A DNA stretch of 64,000 nucleotides from a virus (Duplodnaviria > Caudoviricetes). The notes beneath the pieces are model-generated. The model had not been told where the DNA came from. It saw only the letters and a list, made by a program, of their open reading frames with translations, and did no database searches. Of this stretch, positions 1 through 10,029 are shown in pieces. Numbering within the stretch: the stretch's first letter is position 1; each line of letters opens with the position of its first letter. The stretch covers positions 192,001 through 256,000 of the IMG/VR virus record IMGVR_UViG_3300028591_000070. One strand, 5' to 3'. A program made the translations under genes and the position numbers.

Positions 1-103
1 TAAAAATATTATCTACAGCATTAATTGTAGCATCATCATAGCGCTGACCACCTTTTGTATGAATGCTATATGTTTTTCCGATTTCAAAAATTGATTTTTC
101 CAT
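1..103 (-). CDS. hypothetical protein (5' part, runs off window)
   Basis: ATG at 103 (MEKSIFEIGKTY...), GAGG SD and early-type promoter upstream. Confidence 0.6.
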   Translation of the reverse strand, partial: MEKSIFEIGKTYSIHTKGGQRYDDATINAVDNIF

Positions 104-121
104 AGTATTTACCTCTTATGT

Positions 122-152
122 AGAATATACTACTAAAGATTAAATCGTTCAA
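122..152 (-). promoter_or_regulatory. early-type (host sigma70-like) promoter TTGAAC-N17-TATATT within GTATATTCTA
   Basis: Same GTATATTCT motif recurs upstream of genes at 7259, 12060, 17384, 24921, 32733 and 35642; variants at 9357 and 46714. Confidence 0.65.
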
Positions 153-153
153 T

Positions 154-185
154 AAAAAGAGGACCAACTTATTAGGTCCTCTTTA
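154..185 (-). terminator. intrinsic terminator
   Basis: AAAGAGGACC...GGTCCTCTTT inverted repeat with A/T tracts downstream of 193..498. Confidence 0.7.
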
Positions 186-192
186 GTTTTAA

Positions 193-498
193 TTAACTTC
201 GAAATTTTTCAATTGGAATATCGGTTGCATGCTTTTTATCGTATTCATTGAATTCATCTGGATGATTTGTAAAAAAGTCATAGATTTCTGCTTCACTTTT
301 TCCTTTAGTAAACTCTTCTGCATCTTTTTTACATTTTGTCATATCTGTACAATGACCTGTCCATAAATCCATGTAATAGTCATGTTCATCACTAAGAGTG
401 AAGTTTGCAGTCCACTTAGATGGATGATAAGCCATCTTAATAACTTTTAATGAGAATGTGTTCTCAATCAAAGAAATAAACTCTTTTCTTCCAATCAT
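193..498 (-). CDS. hypothetical protein
   Basis: ORF; ATG at 498 preceded by GAGGTGG SD. Confidence 0.7.
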   Translation of the reverse strand: MIGRKEFISLIENTFSLKVIKMAYHPSKWTANFTLSDEHDYYMDLWTGHCTDMTKCKKDAEEFTKGKSEAEIYDFFTNHPDEFNEYDKKHATDIPIEKFRS

Positions 499-547
499 TA
501 TAACCACCTCTTAATAAGATTTATTTATTATATGATATACCTGAATA

Positions 548-1105
548 TTAGTCTTTTTTCAAATCTTCTGTGGCATCAATGGTAATTGTAATTATTTCAT
601 CTTCATAGTAGTTGCTGAGCTTTTCTTCTTCAAATTTCTGATAAATATTTGGTGACCCAAGCTTTTCTGGATCTTCTGCTTTATATTTCACAAAATATTC
701 ATAATGATGGGTTTTTGCAAAAGGCTTAGGTATTTTAATATATTTTCGTAATCCTCGTTTAGACTTAACCCAAGGAATGCACCAATATTTTACATCTTTG
801 TCGTAAACATGAATCTGTGTAATATCTCCAAACTTTAAGCGTTCAATTGCATCCGATTCATCTTGACGGCCAAAAGTAGTTTTCTTATTTTTTAAAGCTT
901 CCTTATATAAAGAAATACAAGCTGTATAAGCACTTTCTATAGTATTAAATCCAGAAAAAGTATCTTTATCCTTATCATCAAAGTGTGGCAAATTATAGGT
1001 ATAAGCATATTTTTGAATATTATCAAGTGATAAATATTTAATATCTTTAGAACTTAATTTAAGAAATTCACAGTTTTCAAAAACAATTTCAACTTTTGTT
1101 ATCAT
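548..1105 (-). CDS. hypothetical phage protein
   Basis: 185 aa ORF with AGGAG SD. Confidence 0.75.
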   Translation of the reverse strand: MITKVEIVFENCEFLKLSSKDIKYLSLDNIQKYAYTYNLPHFDDKDKDTFSGFNTIESAYTACISLYKEALKNKKTTFGRQDESDAIERLKFGDITQIHVYDKDVKYWCIPWVKSKRGLRKYIKIPKPFAKTHHYEYFVKYKAEDPEKLGSPNIYQKFEEEKLSNYYEDEIITITIDATEDLKKD

Positions 1106-1114
1106 TCTATCTCC

Positions 1115-2014
1115 TTAAAAATTATAAAGCATTACATCTTTCTGTGTTGAGCGGTCTTGAGCTTTATCATGATTCATTCCATGAGGTGAAACTCCTTTAA
1201 AAGCTTTTTCAGATAAAACTAAAACTTTCCAGCCTGCATCAAAAAATGGCTTTAAATTTTTAGTATCACTGAAGTCGTCAACTTTTGTTGAACCAAATAA
1301 GCATACAGGATTTACTTTAGATTTTTCTGTTAACCAATTTACAAATCTCTCTGAGTCCCAACTTTCTGGCAAATAATCAGAATAAGTATTATCATAAGGT
1401 GGATCAACCATCAATAAACCTTTTTCAATAACCAAATCCTCATAATCATCTGGGTGTGTTTCAAACTCTTTGTTATTTACACAGGCCAATCCATTCTTTA
1501 ATGTTTCTTTAATATTATCTGCATTTACAACTTTACCATTATAAGCTTGATTAAAATACCAAGGATTACCAGGAATCTTATGGCCATTCCATCTTATTAG
1601 CGATGATGTGCAAGTGTGGTCCAACCAGAAAAATTGCATGCATCTTTGGTCAAAATCATCTAATTGATTATTAAATCTTTCTCTAACCTCAAAGTATCTT
1701 TCTTTTGAACCTATGTACCAAGCTTTTACTGATGAGTCAAACCATTCATCAAAAGTGCCATCCTTAAAATGACTATATGCTAATTCAATAAAGGTTGCAA
1801 TGAAAATGTTTTTCTCATTATAAACTAATCGGTCAAAATATGGTGCTAATTGACAAGTCAAAGAGCCAGAGCCACCAAAAATATCATATAAAGTCTTCTC
1901 ACCACATGACTTTATTACTTCAGCTATTTTTTCACCATATTTTCTTTTTGTACCCAAATATGATGATATAAATCTTGCATTTGCATTAATATTGCTCATC
2001 TTCAAATTCTCCAT
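1115..2014 (-). CDS. dam: DNA adenine methyltransferase (Dam/D12 class)
   Basis: YLGTK, YDIFGGSGS (SAM-binding) and VDPPY catalytic motifs. Confidence 0.88.
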   Translation of the reverse strand: MENLKMSNINANARFISSYLGTKRKYGEKIAEVIKSCGEKTLYDIFGGSGSLTCQLAPYFDRLVYNEKNIFIATFIELAYSHFKDGTFDEWFDSSVKAWYIGSKERYFEVRERFNNQLDDFDQRCMQFFWLDHTCTSSLIRWNGHKIPGNPWYFNQAYNGKVVNADNIKETLKNGLACVNNKEFETHPDDYEDLVIEKGLLMVDPPYDNTYSDYLPESWDSERFVNWLTEKSKVNPVCLFGSTKVDDFSDTKNLKPFFDAGWKVLVLSEKAFKGVSPHGMNHDKAQDRSTQKDVMLYNF

Positions 2015-2336
2015 CTTTTAAGATATGTACATGATAAAACTTTTCCAAAGAAGCCAAAATATCCCAAATAGCATCAATAGATGGGAACTTATCTTTTTTA
2101 CCTTTAGCTAAAACGCCAGCTATGTCTCCTAATTGTCGCCAAGCTTCAAGTTGTTTTTCCTTTGGAAGAGAGTCATAGTTTTTAAGGTTTTCTTTATAAT
2201 CTTCTTCTAAAAGGTCTAGTTCACCCTGAGGATATAATCCATTATTTTCTGCATCATCCAAAATAGCATTAAAAACAGTAATTATATTCTGAATAGATGG
2301 AGAAATTCTTTGCATAAATTCGTCTTCTGTCATCAT
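1986..2336 (-). CDS. hypothetical protein
   Basis: 116 aa ORF; GTTAATAT motif at 2348-2355 upstream. Confidence 0.7.
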   Translation of the reverse strand: MMTEDEFMQRISPSIQNIITVFNAILDDAENNGLYPQGELDLLEEDYKENLKNYDSLPKEKQLEAWRQLGDIAGVLAKGKKDKFPSIDAIWDILASLEKFYHVHILKDGEFEDEQY

Positions 2337-2404
2337 ATTAAATTTAAATATTAACTACTAATTATTAAATAAAGACTAATTATTTTATAAAAGGAGAAAA
2401 ATAA

Positions 2405-3073
2405 ATGGATAAATTAGAAGCCCTTATTTCTGAAGCTCTTCAGAAGTTCCCTTCAGAAGATATTCGTGAATTAGTTGCTAAAGAAACTGGTCTTACAGTA
2501 GAGCAGGTTTCTGAAAAAATGAATGAAGCTGCTAAAGCTGCAGGTGATGACTTCCCAGCTGTAGATTTCGCTTTATTTGAAACTAAAAAAGATGGTCTTA
2601 AGGCATCAGATATGAAACAGTATACTGATGACCTTGATGGTGATGGAGATGCTAATACTGAAAGTGATAAAGAAATTGCCGCAGAAAAAGTAACAGAAGC
2701 TATTGATACTAACAAAGATGGTAAGATCACTTATAAGATTGGATATCTTCCAGAACCAAGCTCAAATAATACAGACTGGTCTGGGTTTGGTAATATTGAA
2801 TTAAGTGATGTTCCATTTGAAACTAAAACTGCTAAGATTGGTATAACAGTGGCTGATGCTCTTAAAGGATATGACTATGATAGAGCATTCACAACATATT
2901 CTAAATATGTAAATGGTACTCATGAATATACAACATCAGCAGTTGATGAGAGTGCAGCTAAAACATTGAGTGACTTCTCTAACTTCGGAGATATTTATGA
3001 TGCTAACAACACATTCTTAGCTGATGGATCTATAATCCTTCTCTATAAGGGTGCTACTGACGAAGCAAACTAA
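2405..3073 (+). CDS. acidic late/virion protein
   Basis: ACTAAT motifs at 2357 and 2375, AAGGAG SD; acidic, with DxDxDG loops and LxE-like motifs. Confidence 0.6.
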   Translation: MDKLEALISEALQKFPSEDIRELVAKETGLTVEQVSEKMNEAAKAAGDDFPAVDFALFETKKDGLKASDMKQYTDDLDGDGDANTESDKEIAAEKVTEAIDTNKDGKITYKIGYLPEPSSNNTDWSGFGNIELSDVPFETKTAKIGITVADALKGYDYDRAFTTYSKYVNGTHEYTTSAVDESAAKTLSDFSNFGDIYDANNTFLADGSIILLYKGATDEAN

Positions 3074-3082
3074 TTATCTTAT

Positions 3083-3832
3083 ATGAAGATAGATATTGTA
3101 GTTTGTTTTTGTGATAAAGACTATACTTTAATTGATAGATTTTTAAGCTATATTAAAAGATTGACATTTGATTATCAGCTTACTTTAATTGATAATCGCG
3201 TTGATAAAAGTATTGATTTACATGAAAAATTAGCAAATTATAATTATCTTATACCCGAAAAAGATAGAGGTTTATTTGAATCTCGTCGTTATGGATTTGA
3301 GCACACCAATAATGATTTTATTTGGTTTGTTGATATCGACGACGAGATTTTTGATTTTGAATTAAATATCCAACCTACTGATGATATTGTTCTTTATAAT
3401 TTTAGGGTTCATGACTTAAATAAAGACATTATCGGCAATAATGAAAGATGTTATACTAATCGAATATATAAAATAGACCCAAACAATGATAGCCAAGTTG
3501 GATATGTCAATTATTATTTTATGCATGATGGTATATGGAATAAAATTTTTAATAGAAAAACCCTTAAAAAGTGCTATGACTCTATTCCATTTTTAGAAAA
3601 CTTTTTTATTTATGAAGACCTTTTCTTAGAAAAACACTTTTCTTATTTTGCATCAATTTTTAGAACTGATACTCAATATATTTATCAGTGGAATATGACA
3701 ACCACTTATGAGATTAAAGACCATATGGAGGATGGCGAAAGGTTTTATAACTTAATCGCCAACCCAAAATTAAAAAAAGAATATAGAAAATATCTAGATT
3801 TAATTTATATCCAACTAGACTCTGAAAATTAA
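3083..3832 (+). CDS. glycosyltransferase family 2
   Basis: IDIVV...LIDN...SRRYG...FIWFVDIDD (DxD)...IWNKIF...YEDLF, typical GT-A/GT2 pattern. Confidence 0.85.
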   Translation: MKIDIVVCFCDKDYTLIDRFLSYIKRLTFDYQLTLIDNRVDKSIDLHEKLANYNYLIPEKDRGLFESRRYGFEHTNNDFIWFVDIDDEIFDFELNIQPTDDIVLYNFRVHDLNKDIIGNNERCYTNRIYKIDPNNDSQVGYVNYYFMHDGIWNKIFNRKTLKKCYDSIPFLENFFIYEDLFLEKHFSYFASIFRTDTQYIYQWNMTTTYEIKDHMEDGERFYNLIANPKLKKEYRKYLDLIYIQLDSEN

Positions 3833-5739
3833 ACGTACCAAACAGATGGAGTTCTTTCATAAACTGTGGCAGTTCTATCATAGTCAATAATTTCATCATC
3901 TTCTTTTAAATCTTCAAAGTTTACCGAACCTCTTTGAGTAATAACTGCTAGGTATTCTGAATTATTCCAAACATTTCCTTTATCATCTTCAACCTCAAAT
4001 CCTTCGCGATTATAAGGTGAACAGAAGAAGCGTTTCATATAATCTGCGATTTCTCCACGAGCTGGTATTTGTTGGAAGTTTGGATCATTCATTGCATGTC
4101 GCATACTTGTTGTACCAAAAGCATTACAAGATGGATGAACTCTATCTGTATTATCATCATTATGGTGAACAACACAATCTCCCCAACCAATAATAAATGC
4201 ATTTCTTGCAACATTCAAAGAACGGAATCTTTTAAGAATATCAATTCCAGGTTTATTTAAACGTTTATATTCAGTCAAAGCAGCATCGGATGTTGGATAA
4301 ACACCTGTTTTTGCTCTTTCACCTACACAAGGCCAGCCTAATTTTTCAAAAAGTTTTCCAAGCTCAACAGTTGAAGTAAATGGGAACTGAGGAGAAACAC
4401 CCCAAATCTTGGCCATTTCTTTTTTACATTCTTCAATTTTCTGCTGAATTTCTTTATCAGCAAAATCCATATAAGGCTTATCAAAGAATACACCATTTAA
4501 TTCATTATCAATACAAGCACAAAGATTTGGCATCATAACTTCTTTATACCATCTGTAAATTGTCCATTCTGGGATTTTTTCATTTGGCATAATTTCATCT
4601 ATATGATGACACCAGGCATCCATAGCTACTTGCTGGCGCCATGTTGAAATAGGGTCCATACCAGCATATTCTTTAAGAATAGGGAATACAATTTGGAGAT
4701 ATGATGTTACCTTCATCTTTTTCTTAATTTTATCCAAGGCATCATCATATCCACCAAGACTTCCGCACCAGAACCATGTTCCAGGTTTCAAACCTTTTGG
4801 TCTATAACTACACATAGCATGTGATAAAAGACAAGTATCATCTGTTGGATAAACACCTTTTACTCCATTTACGAATAAGAACCTAATATCAAATTTACCA
4901 TTGGCTAAAGTAAGACGCTTTGCAGATTTTAATACTTTTGTAAACTTTCGCTTATATACTCTTAAATCAGACCAGCTAAAGAAATATCCAATTTGGCCAT
5001 CATTACAAAGCTGAACTGTTCCTAATTGATCTTCCCAACAATTGAATCCACCTGTTTCAGTATCGAGCGCAAGTAATTCTGAGTTCATCAAACTATCTAA
5101 AACTTCATCAATTTTATCAGGGTCGACTTCAATCACAATTGGGTCTCTTGTATCTAATCCATTTGTGGTAAAGTCGTCATCTTTCATCATAGCCATATGC
5201 TTTCTAAAAATACGAGTATGCATATTGACTACATCTGTTGAGTTTAATTCTTTATATGGATAAATTGCATTAATTGAGTTTACAGGATAAATCCATTTAT
5301 CTGGACCACCAACAAATTTAGAGCCACAAAAATAACGAATTGGAGCAAATAATTCATCTGTAAAATCAAAATAACTAATGTCTGCTGATTTATTTAAAAG
5401 ACGAATTGCCCAACCAAATGAAACAATGGCTGAACATTCTTTTTGCTGATAGTTAAGGTATTTTCTCCACTGAGATTCTTTTGCCATCAAATCTGTTGTT
5501 GATGTTTCTTCAAGTTTATCATAATCAACACAAGAGAGTGCGATATAAGAATCAATACCAATTACTTTCAAATCATTTTTAAGATTCTGAATAACTCTTT
5601 TATCTTTTTCAGCCACATCCAAAAGAAACATAAAAAATGTGGGTGATTCTGGGTTGATATTATCAATAATTAAAATATCTGATTTTTCTTTTTGTAAGTC
5701 TTTAATTTTTGTATTTACATTTACATGTCCGAAGTTCAT
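3829..5739 (-). CDS. polA: DNA polymerase family A, N-terminal fragment (UDG-like domain + 3'-5' exonuclease + thumb), Hint-like tail
   Basis: ExoI ALDTETGG, ExoII NGKFD, ExoIII YAGMD; RVHP...TTSMRHAMNDPNFQQIP; ends before motif A. Confidence 0.88.
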   Translation of the reverse strand: MNFGHVNVNTKIKDLQKEKSDILIIDNINPESPTFFMFLLDVAEKDKRVIQNLKNDLKVIGIDSYIALSCVDYDKLEETSTTDLMAKESQWRKYLNYQQKECSAIVSFGWAIRLLNKSADISYFDFTDELFAPIRYFCGSKFVGGPDKWIYPVNSINAIYPYKELNSTDVVNMHTRIFRKHMAMMKDDDFTTNGLDTRDPIVIEVDPDKIDEVLDSLMNSELLALDTETGGFNCWEDQLGTVQLCNDGQIGYFFSWSDLRVYKRKFTKVLKSAKRLTLANGKFDIRFLFVNGVKGVYPTDDTCLLSHAMCSYRPKGLKPGTWFWCGSLGGYDDALDKIKKKMKVTSYLQIVFPILKEYAGMDPISTWRQQVAMDAWCHHIDEIMPNEKIPEWTIYRWYKEVMMPNLCACIDNELNGVFFDKPYMDFADKEIQQKIEECKKEMAKIWGVSPQFPFTSTVELGKLFEKLGWPCVGERAKTGVYPTSDAALTEYKRLNKPGIDILKRFRSLNVARNAFIIGWGDCVVHHNDDNTDRVHPSCNAFGTTSMRHAMNDPNFQQIPARGEIADYMKRFFCSPYNREGFEVEDDKGNVWNNSEYLAVITQRGSVNFEDLKEDDEIIDYDRTATVYERTPSVWYV

Positions 5740-5746
5740 GTAAATG

Positions 5747-5754
5747 ATATTAAC
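5747..5754 (-). promoter_or_regulatory. middle-type promoter motif GTTAATAT
   Basis: Recurs upstream of replication genes: 2348, 8985, 10820, 13585(+), 27252, 29127, 29139(+), 31358, 44510, 57634, 57886, 62371(+). Confidence 0.7.
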
Positions 5755-5757
5755 TGA

Positions 5758-6150
5758 TTAATCAATCTTATCAACAGAATATTTTATTCTTTGTACACCT
5801 TTTTTATTTGTATAAATACGTTTTGTATAATAAACTTTTACAATATCGCCTTTATCATATTTGCCATAATAATAAGAGCTATCATATCCAATCTCAATTT
5901 CTCGGCCATCTTCTCGCATATACTTAAAATATACATCATCTTTAGACGGAATTGATGTTGGCATCCATCTGTAACCCATTTTTCCATCAGGTTTAAGGCC
6001 ATAAGAATATCTTAATTCTGTTCTGCCATCTTCATGGTATTTTGAAGTAACAATACCTTCTGAAACAAAGCTCTCTTGATAAGAGAGTTCTTCACATGAA
6101 ATAAATAATAAACTTGTTATTGCAATAACAATAAAAAATAATTTTTTCAT
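5758..6150 (-). CDS. putative lipoprotein
   Basis: MKK + hydrophobic stretch + LLFISC lipobox. Confidence 0.7.
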   Translation of the reverse strand: MKKLFFIVIAITSLLFISCEELSYQESFVSEGIVTSKYHEDGRTELRYSYGLKPDGKMGYRWMPTSIPSKDDVYFKYMREDGREIEIGYDSSYYYGKYDKGDIVKVYYTKRIYTNKKGVQRIKYSVDKID

Positions 6151-6563
6151 CGATATCTCCTTATTAAACCTGTGGTACCAACTTTACCATAGTCTGCATT
6201 CACAAATCCCATTAAAAATAAAATATAATTCTCATCAAAAAAGTGTTGATTACAAACTTGTATATGCATTAAGCCAATATGACCATAATGATAGTAGTCT
6301 GATGCAAAATTATCTTCTGACCTAACAAAGCCTTTGCATGCATCAAAAACTGGACGTAATTCTCTATGAATATAAATATTGGAAATGTTAAGAGCTGTTG
6401 CAAATTCTATAAACTTAGGTTCAAATGCTATTTTAATAAAATCTGAAAAATCCCGTCTATCTAGTTGGGTTAGATCAAAATGAAATGGCTGTATATAAGT
6501 TATTGCTTTTTTAAAACCTTGCGTTAGAAAATGCTCTTTCTCTTGAGTCCATATAGTGTCCAT
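6147..6563 (-). CDS. hypothetical protein (possible capsid-protein-derived domain)
   Basis: 138 aa ORF; weak resemblance to gp23 C-terminal region. Confidence 0.6.
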   Translation of the reverse strand: MDTIWTQEKEHFLTQGFKKAITYIQPFHFDLTQLDRRDFSDFIKIAFEPKFIEFATALNISNIYIHRELRPVFDACKGFVRSEDNFASDYYHYGHIGLMHIQVCNQHFFDENYILFLMGFVNADYGKVGTTGLIRRYR

Positions 6564-6564
6564 A

Positions 6565-7254
6565 TTACCATCCTAGTTTTTTATCAGGATTTTTTGCACG
6601 AACTAAAGTAATTTTATAAGGCTCAATACCATTCACTCTTGTTTCAGTAATTTTGTTTACCTTTTCTATAGTAACATATTTAGAATCTTTTCTCGTATAA
6701 GCAATATAATCTCCCATCTCAATTGGAATCTTATACCTATCTAAGTGAGTAGCTTGTTCATCACGCCATTCTTGTACTTCTTTTGGAAGAGATGTCCATT
6801 TATTTTTAGCATCATACCAGTGATTAAAGCTATAGCCATCTAAATTAAATTTGTCAAAAACAGCATTAGTTAAAGTATTGCATCTGTCCTTCAAAATGGT
6901 TTCGCCATCTGTATTACCTACAGCAGCTCTAACAGTGGTTACCCAACCATAGACTCTTGGCAAATGTTCGTCATCAACATGCCAAAGATTTTTTTCTATT
7001 TCAAAAAAGCCACTTCTAGTAATAGCTCCTAATACTTTTTCTTTTTTGGCTGAGAAATGTACAACTTCATTTTCATAAAAACTAGAGGAACCAAGTGTTG
7101 CATAAAACTCATGGTCCATAAATAAAGAATCATCTGGCTCTTTCTTTGTATAAAACTTTGCTTCGCGATAAAATGCTTTATTAAGAGAATTTAAAATAGT
7201 AATTTGTTTATTCCAATCTTTCCAAGGAATAAAGTGAGCTGTAAATTTGTCCAT
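6565..7254 (-). CDS. hypothetical early protein
   Basis: 229 aa ORF; GTATATTCT at 7259-7267. Confidence 0.75.
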   Translation of the reverse strand: MDKFTAHFIPWKDWNKQITILNSLNKAFYREAKFYTKKEPDDSLFMDHEFYATLGSSSFYENEVVHFSAKKEKVLGAITRSGFFEIEKNLWHVDDEHLPRVYGWVTTVRAAVGNTDGETILKDRCNTLTNAVFDKFNLDGYSFNHWYDAKNKWTSLPKEVQEWRDEQATHLDRYKIPIEMGDYIAYTRKDSKYVTIEKVNKITETRVNGIEPYKITLVRAKNPDKKLGW

Positions 7255-7267
7255 ATATAGAATATAC

Positions 7268-7966
7268 CTATTTTAGTATTATTTTTTCACCAAATAAAGC
7301 TTTATCATGTCCAAAAACAGCTATTACTTTATAGCATGAGTCTTTTTCATCTCTATAAATACCATGCATATAAGCTACACAATCACACCACTTTTTATAA
7401 GAGTCAGGAATTTTAATCTTATCTATAACTTCAACTGGTCCACCAGCATCTGCTTGATGTCTAACTTCCAAATTGTAATAAGAAAAACCAAAACTATCTT
7501 TGTAAGGTTTAGTCATATGGATAGTAATGGCATGCTTAAAACCTTTTTTATCATGAAACTCATAGAGATGATAGCAATCTTTTTTCTTATAGAAAGAAAG
7601 AGTGAATGTTACAGTTCCATCATCTGTATTGATAATATCATTTATATTACTTCTTGCAAGTTTAAGCCTTAATTTAGACTTAATCTCTGGTTTTCTATAA
7701 AAAGGCTGTTGTGGCATAATACTATAAGGAAGATATACATGGTCACCATATGCAATTTCTGGCGATGTATCAACACCTTTTTTCACACAAAGAAATTCAC
7801 CTTTTGGGACAAAATCACTTTCCACTATAGAAGTACCTTTTAATTTTAATTGTTCTATAGTATCTTCCGATATGACTTTTTTAGTCTCTGGATGCATTAC
7901 TAATGTATTAGACTTTGACTCTTCATCTAAGAGTCCATCAAATAATTTATCAATCTTTTTGCTCAT
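7268..7966 (-). CDS. hypothetical protein
   Basis: 232 aa ORF overlapping the 3' end of the upstream nuclease gene. Confidence 0.7.
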   Translation of the reverse strand: MSKKIDKLFDGLLDEESKSNTLVMHPETKKVISEDTIEQLKLKGTSIVESDFVPKGEFLCVKKGVDTSPEIAYGDHVYLPYSIMPQQPFYRKPEIKSKLRLKLARSNINDIINTDDGTVTFTLSFYKKKDCYHLYEFHDKKGFKHAITIHMTKPYKDSFGFSYYNLEVRHQADAGGPVEVIDKIKIPDSYKKWCDCVAYMHGIYRDEKDSCYKVIAVFGHDKALFGEKIILK

Positions 7967-8978
7967 CGTCTTCCTCCTCCTTAGGATAAACTACAGTTGC
8001 TGTTTCAGGGAACTCAAGGCCTGATGCAGCTGAAAGTGGACATAAATCTGGATGTCCACAATATTGGCAATATCCACAACTAAATGAAATATTTGCATTC
8101 ATTTTGGGGTCCATTGCTTCCCAATCTTTTGTCTGGTCATCTTGAATCACTCTCTCAAATGCTAACAAAGTATTGTTATAATCATCTGCAGAAAATTTAT
8201 ACTCAATAACATCTTTAAGCATACGAGCAGTAACTTTCTCATCTGTGGCCATTCTTGTTTTAATACCCACAAGTGGATAGAAGAGATAAAACTTAAAATT
8301 GTCAATAATGTCCTGTGCTGAATATCCTAATTGTTTTCCAATCATATATCCATACAAGAGCAATTGATTTTCATAACCTTCAAGATGAACACTTGAGCCA
8401 GTTTTATAGTCGTAAACTCTTACTTGAGCTTTACTTACAATTTCTTTGTCTTTAATAAATTCTCTGTAAGGTGTGTTGTCTCCTGTTTTAGGATCACCTT
8501 GAATAAATTCATATTTTACCTGAGCAAGTCCATTTCCTAAGTTTATAAGATTTTCGTTAATTTCATTTGTCTTAATAACTGGACCCTTAAAACAGAGAAC
8601 GTCGATTGCTCCACATAAAGGAGCTCCACCAATTGAAGAGTTTTCCCAATGCTCTTTAAATAATTCATAGTGCTGATTTTTTACCAAATCAACGACGTAT
8701 TTCTGCCACCATTTATAAAATATTGGAAATGATCTTTCTACTGGATATTTTTCCTTATCATAAGTATGTTCGTCAAGAGTTTTAAGACCTCTTTCTGTAA
8801 TTTGTTCTAAGGTATCATCAACAGATGTTTCTTCGGCGATCTTATGGAATGCAAGACCCTTTTGTTGTACATCAAATTCCCGTCCTTCAATTTTAATACC
8901 TTGAATATAAGCTAATTTGTACTTCTGTAGACAGCTAGAACGACAGCTAAATCTAGAAGCTGAATATTTGTTTGACAT
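7950..8978 (-). CDS. PD-(D/E)XK RecB/Cas4-like exonuclease
   Basis: YSASR..C, GLAFHKIAE, GAID, YDYKTG, QLLLY, C-terminal CGYCQYC..C. Confidence 0.85.
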   Translation of the reverse strand: MSNKYSASRFSCRSSCLQKYKLAYIQGIKIEGREFDVQQKGLAFHKIAEETSVDDTLEQITERGLKTLDEHTYDKEKYPVERSFPIFYKWWQKYVVDLVKNQHYELFKEHWENSSIGGAPLCGAIDVLCFKGPVIKTNEINENLINLGNGLAQVKYEFIQGDPKTGDNTPYREFIKDKEIVSKAQVRVYDYKTGSSVHLEGYENQLLLYGYMIGKQLGYSAQDIIDNFKFYLFYPLVGIKTRMATDEKVTARMLKDVIEYKFSADDYNNTLLAFERVIQDDQTKDWEAMDPKMNANISFSCGYCQYCGHPDLCPLSAASGLEFPETATVVYPKEEEDDEQKD

Positions 8979-8993
8979 GTTATAATATTAACT

Positions 8994-9018
8994 AAAAAGG
9001 GACCTATCTCTAGGTCCC
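8994..9018 (-). terminator. intrinsic terminator
   Basis: GGGACCTA-tctc-TAGGTCCC hairpin with U tract on the minus strand. Confidence 0.7.
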
Positions 9019-9050
9019 CAAATGAGTAAAAATTATAATTCTTTTATTTA

Positions 9051-9338
9051 TTACTTCAGGTACATTCTTGCTCGAGTTCTCCAGCAATTAGTGTTACCTT
9101 CATAATCAATTTGATGTGAAGACTTGTTATCATAAACAATCTTCATATTAGAATATTTTGTAGGAAGATTAGCACTAAACAATGCTGAACCAACCATACC
9201 TTCAATTACAACTTCCAAATCAAAAACTTTTGGAGAAACTTTATTAAGTCTCAACTGATGAAAATCAACACCACGGCAATTTTCATCAACAACTTTCATC
9301 AATTTGGCATGTAATTTTTCGATTAATTCCTTATGCAT
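9051..9338 (-). CDS. hypothetical early protein
   Basis: 95 aa ORF, GAGG SD, early-type promoter. Confidence 0.7.
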   Translation of the reverse strand: MHKELIEKLHAKLMKVVDENCRGVDFHQLRLNKVSPKVFDLEVVIEGMVGSALFSANLPTKYSNMKIVYDNKSSHQIDYEGNTNCWRTRARMYLK

Positions 9339-9387
9339 AATATTTACCTCTTATATAGATAATACTTTTTTGCAAGGAATTATTCAA

Positions 9388-10002
9388 TTATTTCTTAAGT
9401 CCGGTGCTCCCGAAGCCATTTTCTCCACGATTAGAATTATGATCTTTATAGAACTCTTCAGCAGTTGTCTGATTCTTCATATCCTTAAACTTTTCGATTG
9501 ATGAGTCATACCAAACATCTAAGTCATCTGCACAATACTTCTCTGGAACTCCCTGAGCAAGCTTCTGTCCAAACTCAATAATGCGTGATGAGTTAGAGTT
9601 ATTAAATACATGGATATGAATAATTCCTTCATATGTTGAGTCGATAACTTCTGCACCAACAACAAGCTTCTGCTTTGTACAAACACCAGATTTGTTAGCC
9701 ATACGAATATACATTCCTTCTGGAATACGAGACTTTACATATGTTGGAATAAGCAAATCTTCATGAGCTGGAAGAACAATAAATCCTGCCTTATTTGGCT
9801 CATTCTTGAATTCTTCTTCTGTGAGTGGAACCATCTGAACTTGATATTTCATAGGCGCACCTGGATTTTTGTCTGTAAGGTCTTTCAAAAACTGCTCACT
9901 AAAGTTTGGTACGAAGAAATCAATTCCTGCATCACCTTTAGCACGCTGTGGAGCCTTTACATCTCCGCAAACAAACAACTTAATGTCTGATGAATTTTCC
10001 AT
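9388..10002 (-). CDS. dut: dUTPase (trimeric)
   Basis: AGIDF, NKSG, VIDSTYEG, KLAQ and RGENGFGSTG motifs. Confidence 0.93.
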   Translation of the reverse strand: MENSSDIKLFVCGDVKAPQRAKGDAGIDFFVPNFSEQFLKDLTDKNPGAPMKYQVQMVPLTEEEFKNEPNKAGFIVLPAHEDLLIPTYVKSRIPEGMYIRMANKSGVCTKQKLVVGAEVIDSTYEGIIHIHVFNNSNSSRIIEFGQKLAQGVPEKYCADDLDVWYDSSIEKFKDMKNQTTAEEFYKDHNSNRGENGFGSTGLKK

Positions 10003-10029
10003 TCAATATTCTCCTATTTTTAATTTATA

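Noticed and set aside
2600-2740. EF-hand calcium-binding domain in 2405..3073
   Set aside because: DLDGDGD and DTNKDGK loops are present, but flanking helices and the position-12 Glu are not convincing; left as a note.
7950-8978. Cas4 as part of a CRISPR adaptation module
   Set aside because: No cas1/cas2 or array nearby; stand-alone Cas4/RecB-like nucleases are common in phage replication regions.
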